Of a stretch of DNA of 64,000 bases, positions 10,383-20,550 are shown in pieces; position 1 is the first letter of the stretch, and each line of letters begins with the position of its first letter. The position numbers and the translations under genes are program-made. The stretch is from Myxococcota bacterium (lineage in GTDB: Bacteria > Myxococcota_A > Polyangia > Polyangiales > Houyiibacteriaceae). The DNA lies in assembly GCA_039030515.1 (NCBI GenBank), contig JBCCEA010000019.1:14578-78577 (forward strand). Direction: 5' to 3'. The notes under the pieces are model-generated. The model did not search any database and was not told the DNA's origin. It saw only the letters and a program-made list of their open reading frames with translations.

Positions 10383-11510
10383 ATGAAACCGGTTCGATTC
10401 CTCCTCAGACGACGACCACCAAAGACTGCATTTCCTAGAAGTGACCGTCCACTCAGTGCGCGCCTTGCACCAGACGTCGTATGTCTCATTCCTCATGGCG
10501 AGATAGTCTTCCGCATGACGTTCAGTCCGAATGGCGACGTACTTGCCGTCGTTTCGATTCCTGACACGTAGGGACGGCGTATATACGGAACTCACCTCAC
10601 CATCTCGATTTTTGACAGCCGCGACGGCACTCTCCTGGGCCGCCGCCGGATCGATCGATCCGGTAGACCCAGAGAACTAACGTTTGATCCTCAGGGAACG
10701 TCGCTCCTCGTCATGGCTGAATGCCCTGGAGATCGCACGCAGCTGCAACGTAGGGCGCCCCCTCACACCAAGCTTTTTCTCATAGAGGATGCCAGAACTC
10801 TGATGCATCAAAGTCCACGAGAGTATCGTTTGAATTACAATGCACACCGCGTGGCACTTGGTCCTGACGCGTTTGCTGTCAGACGCTTGCAGGACCGTCA
10901 AGATCTGGATCGCAGTCACCTAAAGATTTATCGCAAAAGCTCTGGAGGCGGTCCAAATCGCAACGAACCTTGCGCATATTCACAGTGGATGCAAACACGG
11001 TATTGGCACGACTCATGTAGTTCACTGGCTTTTGCTTCGGAGGGCAACAGTCTGATAGTCGGAGGCGCCAGCGGAACTATGATCTGGGGCCGCGGGGGCG
11101 AATGCAGGGAACTGAAGCTAGCGAGGCAACGAAACAAACCGGCTGCCTTGCTCACAGTCAGCCATGACGGAAAGTATGTTTGTTCCAAACTCGGTGACGG
11201 GAACCTAGCGCTTTGGAATCTTGCTGGAACTGATAGCCAAGGGAGCGTGCTGCGGGGTTCTCAAGGAGAGATCCGAAAAATACACTTTATGTATTGGCTC
11301 GATCGAGTTTGTATCGCCGCTTTAAATTCTCACGGCAAGTTCTACGTTTGGGACGTCGCCAATCACAAACGACTCTACAGTAGCGCGCTCCCCTCTGATG
11401 TAGACCGCACAAAGTTAGCGTTGTCGACAACGGGATCGGTCGCCTTCACGTACCCCCTGCCGCTGCACGAATTAGGTGGGTCGAGCACCGTAACCATACG
11501 CGGTATGTGA
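10383..11510 (+). pseudogene. WD40-like beta-propeller protein interrupted by in-frame TAG at 10569-10571
   Basis: ORFs 10383-10571 and 10713-11510 share a frame. The gap reads openly (GRRIYGTHLTISIFDSRDG...LTFDPQGTSLLV). Blade motifs FSPNGD, SHDGKY..LWN, VWD. Confidence 0.7.
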
Positions 11511-11629
11511 ACGGGTCGATCCGCAGCGAGACACCTTCGCGCAGGCACTTTGCTCGCGTGGTACCTGGACTATTCATGGACAAGACGCACCAGGCACGGT
11601 GATTCGTGCCCAATATCTGGACAACACAT

Positions 11630-11675
11630 GGACAAACCGTACCGGGTACGGTTTGTCCGTACCCGGTACGGTTTG
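11630..11675. repeat. Perfect 14-bp inverted repeat GGACAAACCGTACC-G-GGTACGGTTTGTCC plus overlapping second copy (REP-like)
   Basis: Arms 11630-11643 and 11645-11658 are exact reverse complements. The core matches the dispersed motif. Confidence 0.85.
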
Positions 11676-11758
11676 ATCTGTGGGCATAGTCGCCTGGTTC
11701 ACTCTCTCCATCAAACCGAGGCAACTGTAACCATCTTGAATGGCAACTCAGTACAAGC

Positions 11759-13135
11759 ATGACACTTTGTAGGATGCAGTTTCTGAGACTCGTATCTTCG
11801 ATACATCATGATTGGACTACTGTTAAGTTCGATAAAGGAGCTGCACCTTAGTGTGGCGGAAGCATCGGCTTTGAGTTTGAGCTGCATCTCGTCTGCCTGA
11901 TTCGAAAGGTGGGACGTCTCTACGAAATCGCTAAGCCAACGAGAGAGCATATCTTCAAGAGCCGCTGGTGCCATGGTAATATCGATCGAGGGAGTTTTCT
12001 TGGACCATCATTACGACCGGCATTCGAGAGCACAGGATTACCCGAGCTTGTGGATCCAACTCACAATCCTTGGGTAGATCATAACTACTATGGCTGCATG
12101 GAAGTTGTGAGTAGACCAGTTATCGATGCAGGGTGCCAAAGCCCATTTGCAGCAGTAGCGGCTGAGCTAAGTTTCCTCTGCAAAAGCCTACATCAATTCG
12201 TTTCAATGAGCGGGAATTCCCACAACATACCTCTTCAACCGCTATCCGGTTGGATTCAGCGCATCAACTGTCAAAAACCAACGTTTGACTTGAGGCGCAC
12301 CTATCGAGAAGACGGCACCTGCATCACCGACGAATTCCATCTTCTTTGTACACCATTTCAACCAAAGGTTATCAATGGCCTGAACCAGCACCTGAAAAGG
12401 TCTTTGCCACCGCGCTTTAAAGACCCAGTAAAGAATGGCTTGATATTCCCACAGGTTACTTGTTCTACGTCTCTTGAGACCTGGTTAGGACCATCGACTA
12501 CAAATAAACAAGCAGGATAATCTTGCTCTTCACTCGTGAATTTTGTGAAAGATGTAGACAAGAAGTTTTCTATTACGAGGAATCACACAGATCAAATAGA
12601 GATCGCACAGATTCGAAGCCGTCAACTCATTCAAACGCTTAATTCATATCTGCACTTACAGTGTGAACACGAATCAAGTGTTTTTCAGCAGAGAAAATTC
12701 GTCAAGATAGGTGGGTTCTTGACACTTCTCGTCCTCATCCTTCTCACCGAAGCTGTAGGCAGCGAGGAGATTTGTGAATTCAATACAAAAAATCGTTACG
12801 CTTATCTCCCCAAGAACACAATCGAGGAAATCCGGCAAAACTGTCTCTCGGAACGAGACCGGTGGGCGCTCAAACGATGGAGCACTGGCCCTGCATTGAT
12901 CGCCAGTGCGGCTCAACGAGAATTAAACGAGCAGATATTTCATCCGGCGTTTGGCACCAGGATGAGGAAACTTGGTAAGGACGTGTCCATGAGTTTTTGT
13001 GCATCGCTCTCGGGCAAAAAGCTGACCAGCAGCACGGTCAGCATCATACCCGAACTGGTCTTTGCATTCAGACGTTCGCGTCGCAATACGACGTTGCTCC
13101 AGGGCGAAAGAAGCGACTCGGACACCCCGTCGTAG
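11759..13135 (+). pseudogene. Glutamine-synthetase-fold ligase-like orphan (ACD/amidoligase-like) with in-frame TAG 11849-11851 and TAA 12518-12520
   Basis: One frame from ATG 11759 reads SIGFEFEL, MEVVSRP, PQVT, LVFAFR. ORFs 11909-12520 and 12536-13135 are in the same frame. Confidence 0.5.
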
Positions 13136-13622
13136 AAGCCAGATTCATGGAAATGATATCTCACGATGCGCTTCCGAATTGGATATCAACCGTACGCAGG
13201 TGGGCGTGGGAGCTCAATCGAAGTCCGTCAGTAGAGGCGCGCTGGAACCGACACGCGAAAAGATGAGTGCTGAACCACAAAAGGAAGCATCTTTGACGCC
13301 TACAGCAAGTCTCAAAAATGAACAATGACCCAGACAAACGCCAGCGGACACCGCAGTTTGCGGCAAGAGACTTTACAGATTAATATTATGGAAACTCGTA
13401 TGGAAGTAAGCGCGGTCGAAAAATCCGATGCGACGTATGTTCTATTTTGATACTCGAAAGGAAGCTAGATTATACACATGAGGTTTTGGGGCTCTCGTCG
13501 ACTGCTGCCGCTAGACGATGGCGTCGATAAGCCGTACCGGGTGCGGTGTGATCGCTACGTGCGGGATGCGTACCTGTTCAGCAGGAACGCCGCCGCGGGC
13601 TTTAATCCGAGACTTTAATTGC

Positions 13623-14219
13623 TCAGCCTTCGTCAAGTTGTGCCTTCAGCAGCCCTTCCAAGTATTGTGCGAGCGCCTCGACATTGAAATGCCCCTCCTT
13701 CCAATGCCGATCAGCCTCCTGAAGCGCTTGGTAATAGGACTGCCCGTTTTCTCTAATCCGCTCCGGGACGATTTTCTTTCCTGGCAGCAGGCGACCTTGC
13801 CGCACACACATCAGGTAGTAGCAGGCGGCCCGTGCAGTACGGCCATTTCCTTCAACAAAGGGATGAATCCAGTTGAGTCGCCACAGCGCGTAAGCCGGAA
13901 GCATCGTAGGATGCTGCTCAATGTCCCAGGTCTCATGGATTTCAGAGATGAACCTATCCATGAGGTCCGGCGCCTTGTCGAAGTGTGGCGGAATGTGATT
14001 GCCGACGTAGATCGGCTCTTCACGAAACCTACCGCCAAACTGCGCGATGTTGGCTACGGCCGCGGCATTCAACGACCATAGAACATATTTGTCGAAGGCT
14101 TCGATGCCCTTGGCGATGGCAATCTGGATGCAGTTGGCGAGTAGGTCGTATTGACGGACCAGGTTTTGCTATTGAATACGATCGAAAAGCTCTGGATCGG
14201 AGCCTTGTCGAATGACCAC
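13623..14219 (-). pseudogene. Fic-family protein with in-frame TAG at 14169-14171
   Basis: Fic motif HPFVEGNGRTAR. The frame extends upstream of 14072 as VIRQGSDPELFDRIQ*QNLVRQYDLLANC from GTG 14219. Confidence 0.75.
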
Positions 14220-14224
14220 CCAGA

Positions 14225-14434
14225 CTACGTCTTCAAGCGAATGCTGGTGGACGCCTGACGGACGGAATCTTTGGTGATACCATCAGAGTCTAGCGGCGCG
14301 TTGCCATACGCAAAGCTGACGCGTTGTTCCCGCAAGTCATCTTCGGAAATTTCCTGCTTCTTGGCTCGCTCCAGCAAATCTTCGAGCTCGGAATCCACCA
14401 CCAACGCAGTCTGAAACTGTTTTCTGTCTGGCAT
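14225..14434 (-). CDS. Small protein upstream of Fic, putative antitoxin
   Basis: 69 aa helical protein with EQRVSFAYGN, ending 5 bp before the Fic start. Type II TA layout. Confidence 0.65.
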   Translation of the reverse strand: MPDRKQFQTALVVDSELEDLLERAKKQEISEDDLREQRVSFAYGNAPLDSDGITKDSVRQASTSIRLKT

Positions 14435-14893
14435 CGCGCCTTCTCTCTGCCCTCACGCTGTAGTCGCAGCTGACGCCGCAAGTAAAGAGTACCTCTCTTC
14501 AACTAACCGCGGAAAAGGTACTCCAACGTATTACGGTAGTCGACGAGAAATCGCCACGCACTCCTGGGCCCCTGGGCCCCTGCGCTTTTACGATGAACTC
14601 CGATGAGCCAAACGCTGACTATCTACCACTCGACGAAATGAAAGACCCCAAGGACGTCGAGCATGCATGTACAGACGAAATCCGTAGTGGTATCCAATAC
14701 TTGTGCAGTGGGAAGCTTGAGGGCACCCCCTTGACCAGGGCATCAAGCGGCTCAAAAGTTGGCAGCCTCAAGCCAAATGACCTCGCGTCTGAAGAGGAAA
14801 TGCTGAACAGCCCGGCATCACGGCGATGGACAAGCCCTACCGGGTGCGAGGTAGCCGAATCGCGTTCGGGGCGGAAGCTGGTAGAGCAGAGCG

Positions 14894-15544
14894 ATGGAGC
14901 GTTTTCAATCTACTCCTCGAGTTCTCTGGACCTGGCTTCAAGGATTGGGACCACAAATCCGGCGACAGCTTCGCTATTGCGTCGGCCGGCTTTGGCTGAA
15001 TGCATTCGGCTGGAAGGAAGATGGGGTCTTGCCCGACGTGCCCAAGGCGGTGGTGATCGCGTATCCCCACACCACCAACTGGGATCTTCCCTTTATGTTG
15101 GCGATCGCCTACGTGATGGACCTTGAAGTTCGGTGGCTCGGGAAGCGGAGTCTTTTCAGACCTCCCTTTGGACCGCTGATGCGATGGCTGGGCGGGATTG
15201 CCGTCAACCGCTCCCAGCGTACCCGTAAGGTAGACGCCGTGGCGGACACCATCCGAAACATGCCGCGCGGCATGGTGATGATCCCCCCCGAAGGAACACG
15301 CGGCAAAGCGGGCAACTGGAAAAGCGGCTTCTACTGGGTAGCGGTGAAGGCCGAGGTGCCCATCGTGCTCGGCTATCTGGACTTCAAGAAGCGCCGCGGG
15401 GGGGTCGTCACAACGATCACTCCCACCGGAAACATCGACCAGGATATGGTCACCATCCGCGACGCCTACCGCGGCGTGCAGGGAAAGCATCCCGACCGCC
15501 AGGGTGATATTGCGCTATGCGATCGCAAAGCAGACCCGGGGTAG
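14894..15544 (+). CDS. 1-acyl-sn-glycerol-3-phosphate acyltransferase family (PlsC-like)
   Basis: HTTNWD (HX4D) and PPEGTR motifs. Confidence 0.9.
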   Translation: MERFQSTPRVLWTWLQGLGPQIRRQLRYCVGRLWLNAFGWKEDGVLPDVPKAVVIAYPHTTNWDLPFMLAIAYVMDLEVRWLGKRSLFRPPFGPLMRWLGGIAVNRSQRTRKVDAVADTIRNMPRGMVMIPPEGTRGKAGNWKSGFYWVAVKAEVPIVLGYLDFKKRRGGVVTTITPTGNIDQDMVTIRDAYRGVQGKHPDRQGDIALCDRKADPG

Positions 15545-15563
15545 GCAACGAGACGCACGACGG

Positions 15564-15730
15564 ACAAACCGGTCCCTGTTTCCACAAACCGGTCCCTGCT
15601 TCCACAAACCGGTCCCTGCTTCCACAAACCGGTCCCTGCTTCCACAAACCGGTCCCTGCTTCCACAAACCGGTCCCTGCTTCCACAAACCGATGCCTGTT
15701 TCCACAAACCGGTCCCTGTTTCCACAAACC
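15564..15730 (+). repeat. Tandem array of 20-bp unit ACAAACCGGTCCCTGYTTCC, 8 copies plus partial
   Basis: Head-to-tail, no spacers, between convergent genes. Confidence 0.97.
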
Positions 15731-15746
15731 TAAAACAGACAAGCCC

Positions 15747-17456
15747 CTAGCGAGCGCGCAACTTGATCGGCCCGTCGATCTCGGAGAGGCGCGCCACCAA
15801 ATCCGAGAAGGTGGCCAAGCGAGAAAGCCTCAGCCGGTGCGCTTCAGGCGACTCGGACAGTTCAAGGGCGATCCAACGCACGGGGGCCCCCAGGGGCTCC
15901 GACCAAAACAGCAAATGGGCTTCAATGCTGTCGATATCGATGCCGAGACAGTCACATGCGCGGGCGTCCTCTGCGATCTGCAACATCAAACTCCATCGCT
16001 CATCGAGCGTCGCCTGGCTCACCTGGGCAAACCGCACGATCGCTGGTTGACACGTCGTGATCGCGGCGTTTACCCCTCGCGCCACGGTAGTCGCCCGCTG
16101 CTGAGGAGACTGCTGCTCCCGCGCCGAATCGATGCGTTCCCTGAGCCAAGAGGGCGTGAACGGAGAGAGCGCATGCGGAGGCACGGACTCAGCCGCGACC
16201 ACGAGACGCAGGTCCGATGCGTCAGACAGCGCCCGGATGGTCTCCAGATGGGCCGCAACCCTCTCATCTCGATCGACTCGGAGGTACACGGGAACGGGGC
16301 CTTCGACGTTTCGATTCGTCACCTCGATGCGGGCAAGTAGCGAATCGAGCTCTACCGGATGCCCGTCGGTACGCAGCGACGCCTGGTCGAGATCGACCCG
16401 AAGACCCGGTTCTTCGATGCGACGTCCCGAGCTCTGCGGAGCGTTCATCTCCTCCAAATCCGCGAAGAAACTCCATTCTGGCTGAAGTCCCTGCAGCTTG
16501 GCTTCAAACTCGGCAGCGCGATCGGCGCAGCTTGCACCGACGTACTCCCGCGCGCGCGGCCGCTCGTCCCAGTTGTCCGGCATCGGGGCGACCACCGGAC
16601 GACTCGCATCTGTGCAGTCCACTTCTTGCAAAGGCACCCCGTATGGCGCCGCGCACCATTCGCTGGCGATCACCTGCGGCATGGCACCTCGGATCTGCGC
16701 TGCCTGTTCACCGGCGCCGTCAACCTGATGCTCGAGCCGTGCCCGCATGAAGTGGCGACCCACAAAACCGTCTTCGACGAGGAGTATCCCTCCCCCCTCG
16801 ACCTGAGCCGATGTTTGAACTCGAACGGAACCGCTTTCCATCGTGGGCGAGTCATACGTTCCTTCGAGGCGCAGCTCCGCAAACCCGCGTGCCCGATCGA
16901 GATCGACCAGCTGATAGAGGATCTCCTGCATGTCGTCGCCGAGCTCTTGAACCTGAACCCATCCCGGCGGGGCCAACCAGCTCGAACCGACGCGGACCGG
17001 ATCGATCGGCAGACTAGGCCAACCTCTGGCTGGGGTTCCTGCCTGTTCGATGAGCGTTCGATGAGACTCCTGAAACTCGTAGCTGGGCTCGGCCAGGGGA
17101 CGCCCTCGCCGATCGTATCGCTGGGTTTCGACTAGGCCCGCCAGACCTCCCTTCGACGGGGCGATCCAGATCGGGTGATACGGCATGGAGTTAAAGCTGC
17201 TGTCGTAGTGGATCCGCATGGTGAAGGATCCGTCGTCTTCGATCGCGGTGATCTCCGCCGTAGAGTGCACGACGCTCTCGATGACCCGACCTCGGAAGAG
17301 CATCTGCATGGTCGATCGCAAGGCGTAGCGCTGACCTACCTCATGACGGCGACGCAAAAGCAGTTCGTCAGGCATCACCGCAGCAGCCGGCTCAGGGGCG
17401 GTACTGCCACCGCAGGCGGCTAGAAAAAGCAGACACCAACCGAAGAAACGATGCAT
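15747..17456 (-). CDS. Hypothetical lipoprotein
   Basis: 569 aa with N-terminal lipobox LAAC and GC-rich codon usage. Confidence 0.75.
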   Translation of the reverse strand: MHRFFGWCLLFLAACGGSTAPEPAAAVMPDELLLRRRHEVGQRYALRSTMQMLFRGRVIESVVHSTAEITAIEDDGSFTMRIHYDSSFNSMPYHPIWIAPSKGGLAGLVETQRYDRRGRPLAEPSYEFQESHRTLIEQAGTPARGWPSLPIDPVRVGSSWLAPPGWVQVQELGDDMQEILYQLVDLDRARGFAELRLEGTYDSPTMESGSVRVQTSAQVEGGGILLVEDGFVGRHFMRARLEHQVDGAGEQAAQIRGAMPQVIASEWCAAPYGVPLQEVDCTDASRPVVAPMPDNWDERPRAREYVGASCADRAAEFEAKLQGLQPEWSFFADLEEMNAPQSSGRRIEEPGLRVDLDQASLRTDGHPVELDSLLARIEVTNRNVEGPVPVYLRVDRDERVAAHLETIRALSDASDLRLVVAAESVPPHALSPFTPSWLRERIDSAREQQSPQQRATTVARGVNAAITTCQPAIVRFAQVSQATLDERWSLMLQIAEDARACDCLGIDIDSIEAHLLFWSEPLGAPVRWIALELSESPEAHRLRLSRLATFSDLVARLSEIDGPIKLRAR

Positions 17457-17573
17457 CTCCAGCTGTTAAGTCACCGAGATCGCGGTGTCAAAGCCAAGGA
17501 AGCTCTTGTAACGAACTGCGTGTCGCACCATACAGACTTCAAGCAGAACCGAATTCTGCGTAGGAGGTACCTA

Positions 17574-18308
17574 ATGAATAGGGAAATTGAGGGCAACCGA
17601 GTACCCGACGTCACTTTTCGGACCCGAACTCCAGACCACGAGTGGAAAGACGTCACCACGGCCGACCTCTTCGCGGGGAAAAAGGTGGTCGTATTCTCCT
17701 TGCCCGGCGCGTTCACGCCAACGTGCTCAACCGCGCACGTGCCACGCTACAACGAACTTGCTCCCGAGTTCCGCGCCCAGGGTGTCGACAGCATTCTGTG
17801 TATCTCTGTGAACGATACCTTTGTGATGAATGCATGGAAGGACGACCAGAAAGCGGACGAGATCATCTTTGTGCCCGACGGAAACGGGGAGTTCACCGAA
17901 AAAATGGGTCTCCTCGTCGACAAGAGCGTCATCGGCTTCGGCAAGCGATCTTGGCGATACGCGATGGTCGTCAAAGACGGGGTCGTTGAAAAAGCGTTCA
18001 TCGAGCCCGAAAAGCCGGGTGACCCCTACGAGGTCTCCGATGCCGATACGGTGCTCTCCTATCTCGGCGGCGGAAAGAAGAAGCCGCAAGACATCGTTCT
18101 ATTCACGAAGCCAGGCTGCTCTCACTGCGCTCGCGCAAAAGCACTCCTGACCGAAAAAGGCCTCCGCTATCGCGAGATCGACGCCGACCCAGGCCTGCTC
18201 CGGTCGGTCTCTGGCGCGATGACCACTCCGCAGGTTTTCGTCAACGGCATGCTGATCGGAGGCGCAGATCAGCTTGAAAGCAAGATCAACGAGATCATTG
18301 CAACCTGA
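17574..18308 (+). CDS. Hybrid peroxiredoxin (Prx5)-glutaredoxin
   Basis: PGAFTPTCS, VNDTFVM, RSWRY, and C-terminal CSHC...TPQVF. AGGAGG RBS before ATG 17574. Confidence 0.95.
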   Translation: MNREIEGNRVPDVTFRTRTPDHEWKDVTTADLFAGKKVVVFSLPGAFTPTCSTAHVPRYNELAPEFRAQGVDSILCISVNDTFVMNAWKDDQKADEIIFVPDGNGEFTEKMGLLVDKSVIGFGKRSWRYAMVVKDGVVEKAFIEPEKPGDPYEVSDADTVLSYLGGGKKKPQDIVLFTKPGCSHCARAKALLTEKGLRYREIDADPGLLRSVSGAMTTPQVFVNGMLIGGADQLESKINEIIAT

Positions 18309-18411
18309 TCGCGTGCGATCCTGCTCTTGAGTGCAAATGCCCCGGGAGCCCAGTTCGATTCAGGGCTACCCGGGGACGCACCGGACTGAGGGCGAAGAAG
18401 GCGACAGCCCC

Positions 18412-18485
18412 GGCAGGAGACGCATCAGGCAGGAGAGACGCCGCAAGCAAGGCAGGAGACGCATCAGGCAGGAGACGCCGCAAGC
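18412..18485 (+). repeat. Intergenic repeat of GGCAGGAGACGC units
   Basis: GGCAGGAGACGCATCAGGCAGGAGA(GA)CGCCGCAAGC occurs twice. Confidence 0.85.
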
Positions 18486-18567
18486 TAGGCAATCTCCGCG
18501 GCCGATCCTTTCTGCCACGAGCGAGCCTCTAGGCATTTCCAGAAGAGATCGAGACGAGGCGCCTGAG

Positions 18568-20550
18568 CTAACGCTCGTAGTTTTGCTGACGCACTTCGAG
18601 TTCCACGTTCCAAGCGTCCTGCATATCACCTGAGGAGTCTTGGGGGATCGCTTCGAGGCGGAGCGTACCGACTTCAGTCGCCGTAGCCCGCAGACGTACC
18701 GGAACCACCTCGCCCGGACGATAGCCGCTGACCGGTAGCGTGGCCGCGATCTCTCCGAGCTCGACGACTTCGTCGGGTGACCACCAGTCGAGTAGGGTTC
18801 CGGAAGCGTCTTCACGCCGAACCGAGCTGCTGAAAAAACGGAAATGCACCGGCTCACCGACCACCAGACCAAACTCTGCCTCGGGCGCATCAGCCGTAGT
18901 CCCTTCCTCCATGCCAAATGGAGCGACGCAGAGCGCCTGAATAGAGGGCTGCATCCCGGGCACTGCAGGCATCGCCCGCTCCACGCCGACGTAGTACGCC
19001 CGAGCCGTTCCGCCGCGAATCCGAACGCCGCCCCCTCGACGCACAAAGCCGTAGTACGCTGCGCCGCGTGCGACCGCATGCTCCAAATCTGCTCCCTCGA
19101 GAACCCGCGGAGGAGCGCCGCCGTCTTGCTTCACCCACCCGGCGAGAACCTCCAGAATTCGCGATCGAAGCACTGGCGATCGAAACACCCCTCCGTTGAA
19201 TAGGACTGCAGTCGGATGCAAAAAAGCAGCAGACTCGGCTTGTTCCGTTTGGCGCAAGGAGTCTGCCGCTGCGACTTGGCGGCTGAGAAATGCGGCCAGA
19301 TGACGGGTGATCGCCGCATCCTGCGCGTAGGGGAGTCCGAGCTGGGTAAGCGCTCCTCGAGGACGCGTGTGGGGCTTTTCGCTGACCTCGCAGGGAGGGA
19401 AAAAGCCGGCTAGAATCACGTCTTGCACTTCCCGCCAGGTGAGCTCGGTGCGCAGGCTGGTCCCGATCAACTTGGAACCGCGGCTCGGTACGACGACGGG
19501 TACCGACTCCACCTCCTCTTGAGCCAGGAGCGACTCCTTAGCGGCGCGGCAGGCATGAGCGACCGCCCGCATTTGCCAGGGATCGAGAGGTCGCCCGCGC
19601 TGCTGCTCAACTTTGGCGCCCACCACGTGCGCCAAGGTCAGATCCATATTGTCGCCGCCAAGCAGGATATGGTCGCCGACCGCCACTCGATGAAGTTCGA
19701 GCCGGCCCTCATTTTCTAAAGCCGCGATGAGGGAGAGATCGGTAGTGCCTCCGCCAACATCGACGACGAGGATCACATCTCCGACCTGAATCTGATCGCG
19801 CCAGGCTCCTTGGGACTGCTCGAGCCAGCTGTAAAGGGCCGCCTGTGGTTCCTCGAGCAGCGTCACCTTGGTGAGTCCGGCGAGGCGCGCGGCATCCGCC
19901 GTTAAGTCCCTCGCCGCAGGATCAAATGATGCCGGCACGGTGATAACGACTTCTTGTTCTGAAAGCGGCAGCTCTGGATGGGCTTCGCTCCAGGCCGATG
20001 CGATGTGGCGCAGGTAGTGCACCGAAGCGTCAAGCGGAGACACACGACGCACGTCCTCTGGCGCATCGAGGGGCAATAGGGGGGCCCGGCGGTCCACGCC
20101 GGAATGACACAGCCAGCTCTTCGCGCTTGAGACGAGACGGCTCGGTGTTTTGGCGCCAAGCTCGCGAGCCAGCACTCCAGCGATCCTGAGCTCCTCAGCA
20201 GCCACGTCCTCGTCCGCACGGTGCAGCTGAGTATCGACCCGGTGCAGCTGAGTATCGGCCCGGTGCAGCTGAGTATCGACAGGCCTCAGCTCTTGCGCGT
20301 GAGGCACATAGAGAAACGAAGGCAGCAGCGACAAAGCCTCGACCTCCCCAGGCGCGACGAGCTGCGGAACTTGGAAGATCGAAACGGACGCCGCACTGGA
20401 ATCGACGCTGGGATCAACCGCGGAGCGAATAGCGGAATCCACAGCCGAGGATTTGGGATCCCGATCTTCGGGAGGCGCCACGCATGCAGTGGCAAGCGCG
20501 GTGTGGGTGGTGCCGAGATCGATTCCTATGCTGAGCGATACGTCGCTCAT
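18568..20550 (-). CDS. Hsp70-family protein (DnaK-related)
   Basis: GIDLGTT, TVPASFD, VDVGGGTTD, LGGDNMD. Contains an in-frame 21-bp x3 repeat (DTQLHRA) near 20218-20280. Confidence 0.92.
   Translation of the reverse strand: MSDVSLSIGIDLGTTHTALATACVAPPEDRDPKSSAVDSAIRSAVDPSVDSSAASVSIFQVPQLVAPGEVEALSLLPSFLYVPHAQELRPVDTQLHRADTQLHRVDTQLHRADEDVAAEELRIAGVLARELGAKTPSRLVSSAKSWLCHSGVDRRAPLLPLDAPEDVRRVSPLDASVHYLRHIASAWSEAHPELPLSEQEVVITVPASFDPAARDLTADAARLAGLTKVTLLEEPQAALYSWLEQSQGAWRDQIQVGDVILVVDVGGGTTDLSLIAALENEGRLELHRVAVGDHILLGGDNMDLTLAHVVGAKVEQQRGRPLDPWQMRAVAHACRAAKESLLAQEEVESVPVVVPSRGSKLIGTSLRTELTWREVQDVILAGFFPPCEVSEKPHTRPRGALTQLGLPYAQDAAITRHLAAFLSRQVAAADSLRQTEQAESAAFLHPTAVLFNGGVFRSPVLRSRILEVLAGWVKQDGGAPPRVLEGADLEHAVARGAAYYGFVRRGGGVRIRGGTARAYYVGVERAMPAVPGMQPSIQALCVAPFGMEEGTTADAPEAEFGLVVGEPVHFRFFSSSVRREDASGTLLDWWSPDEVVELGEIAATLPVSGYRPGEVVPVRLRATATEVGTLRLEAIPQDSSGDMQDAWNVELEVRQQNYER

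Noticed and set aside
14593..15126. 177-aa ORF
   Set aside because: Overlaps the acyltransferase in another frame and has no supporting motif.
15564..15730. CRISPR array or repeat-protein ORFs (also 49916-50014)
   Set aside because: Units are head-to-tail with no unique spacers. ORFs across them are open only because the unit lacks stops.
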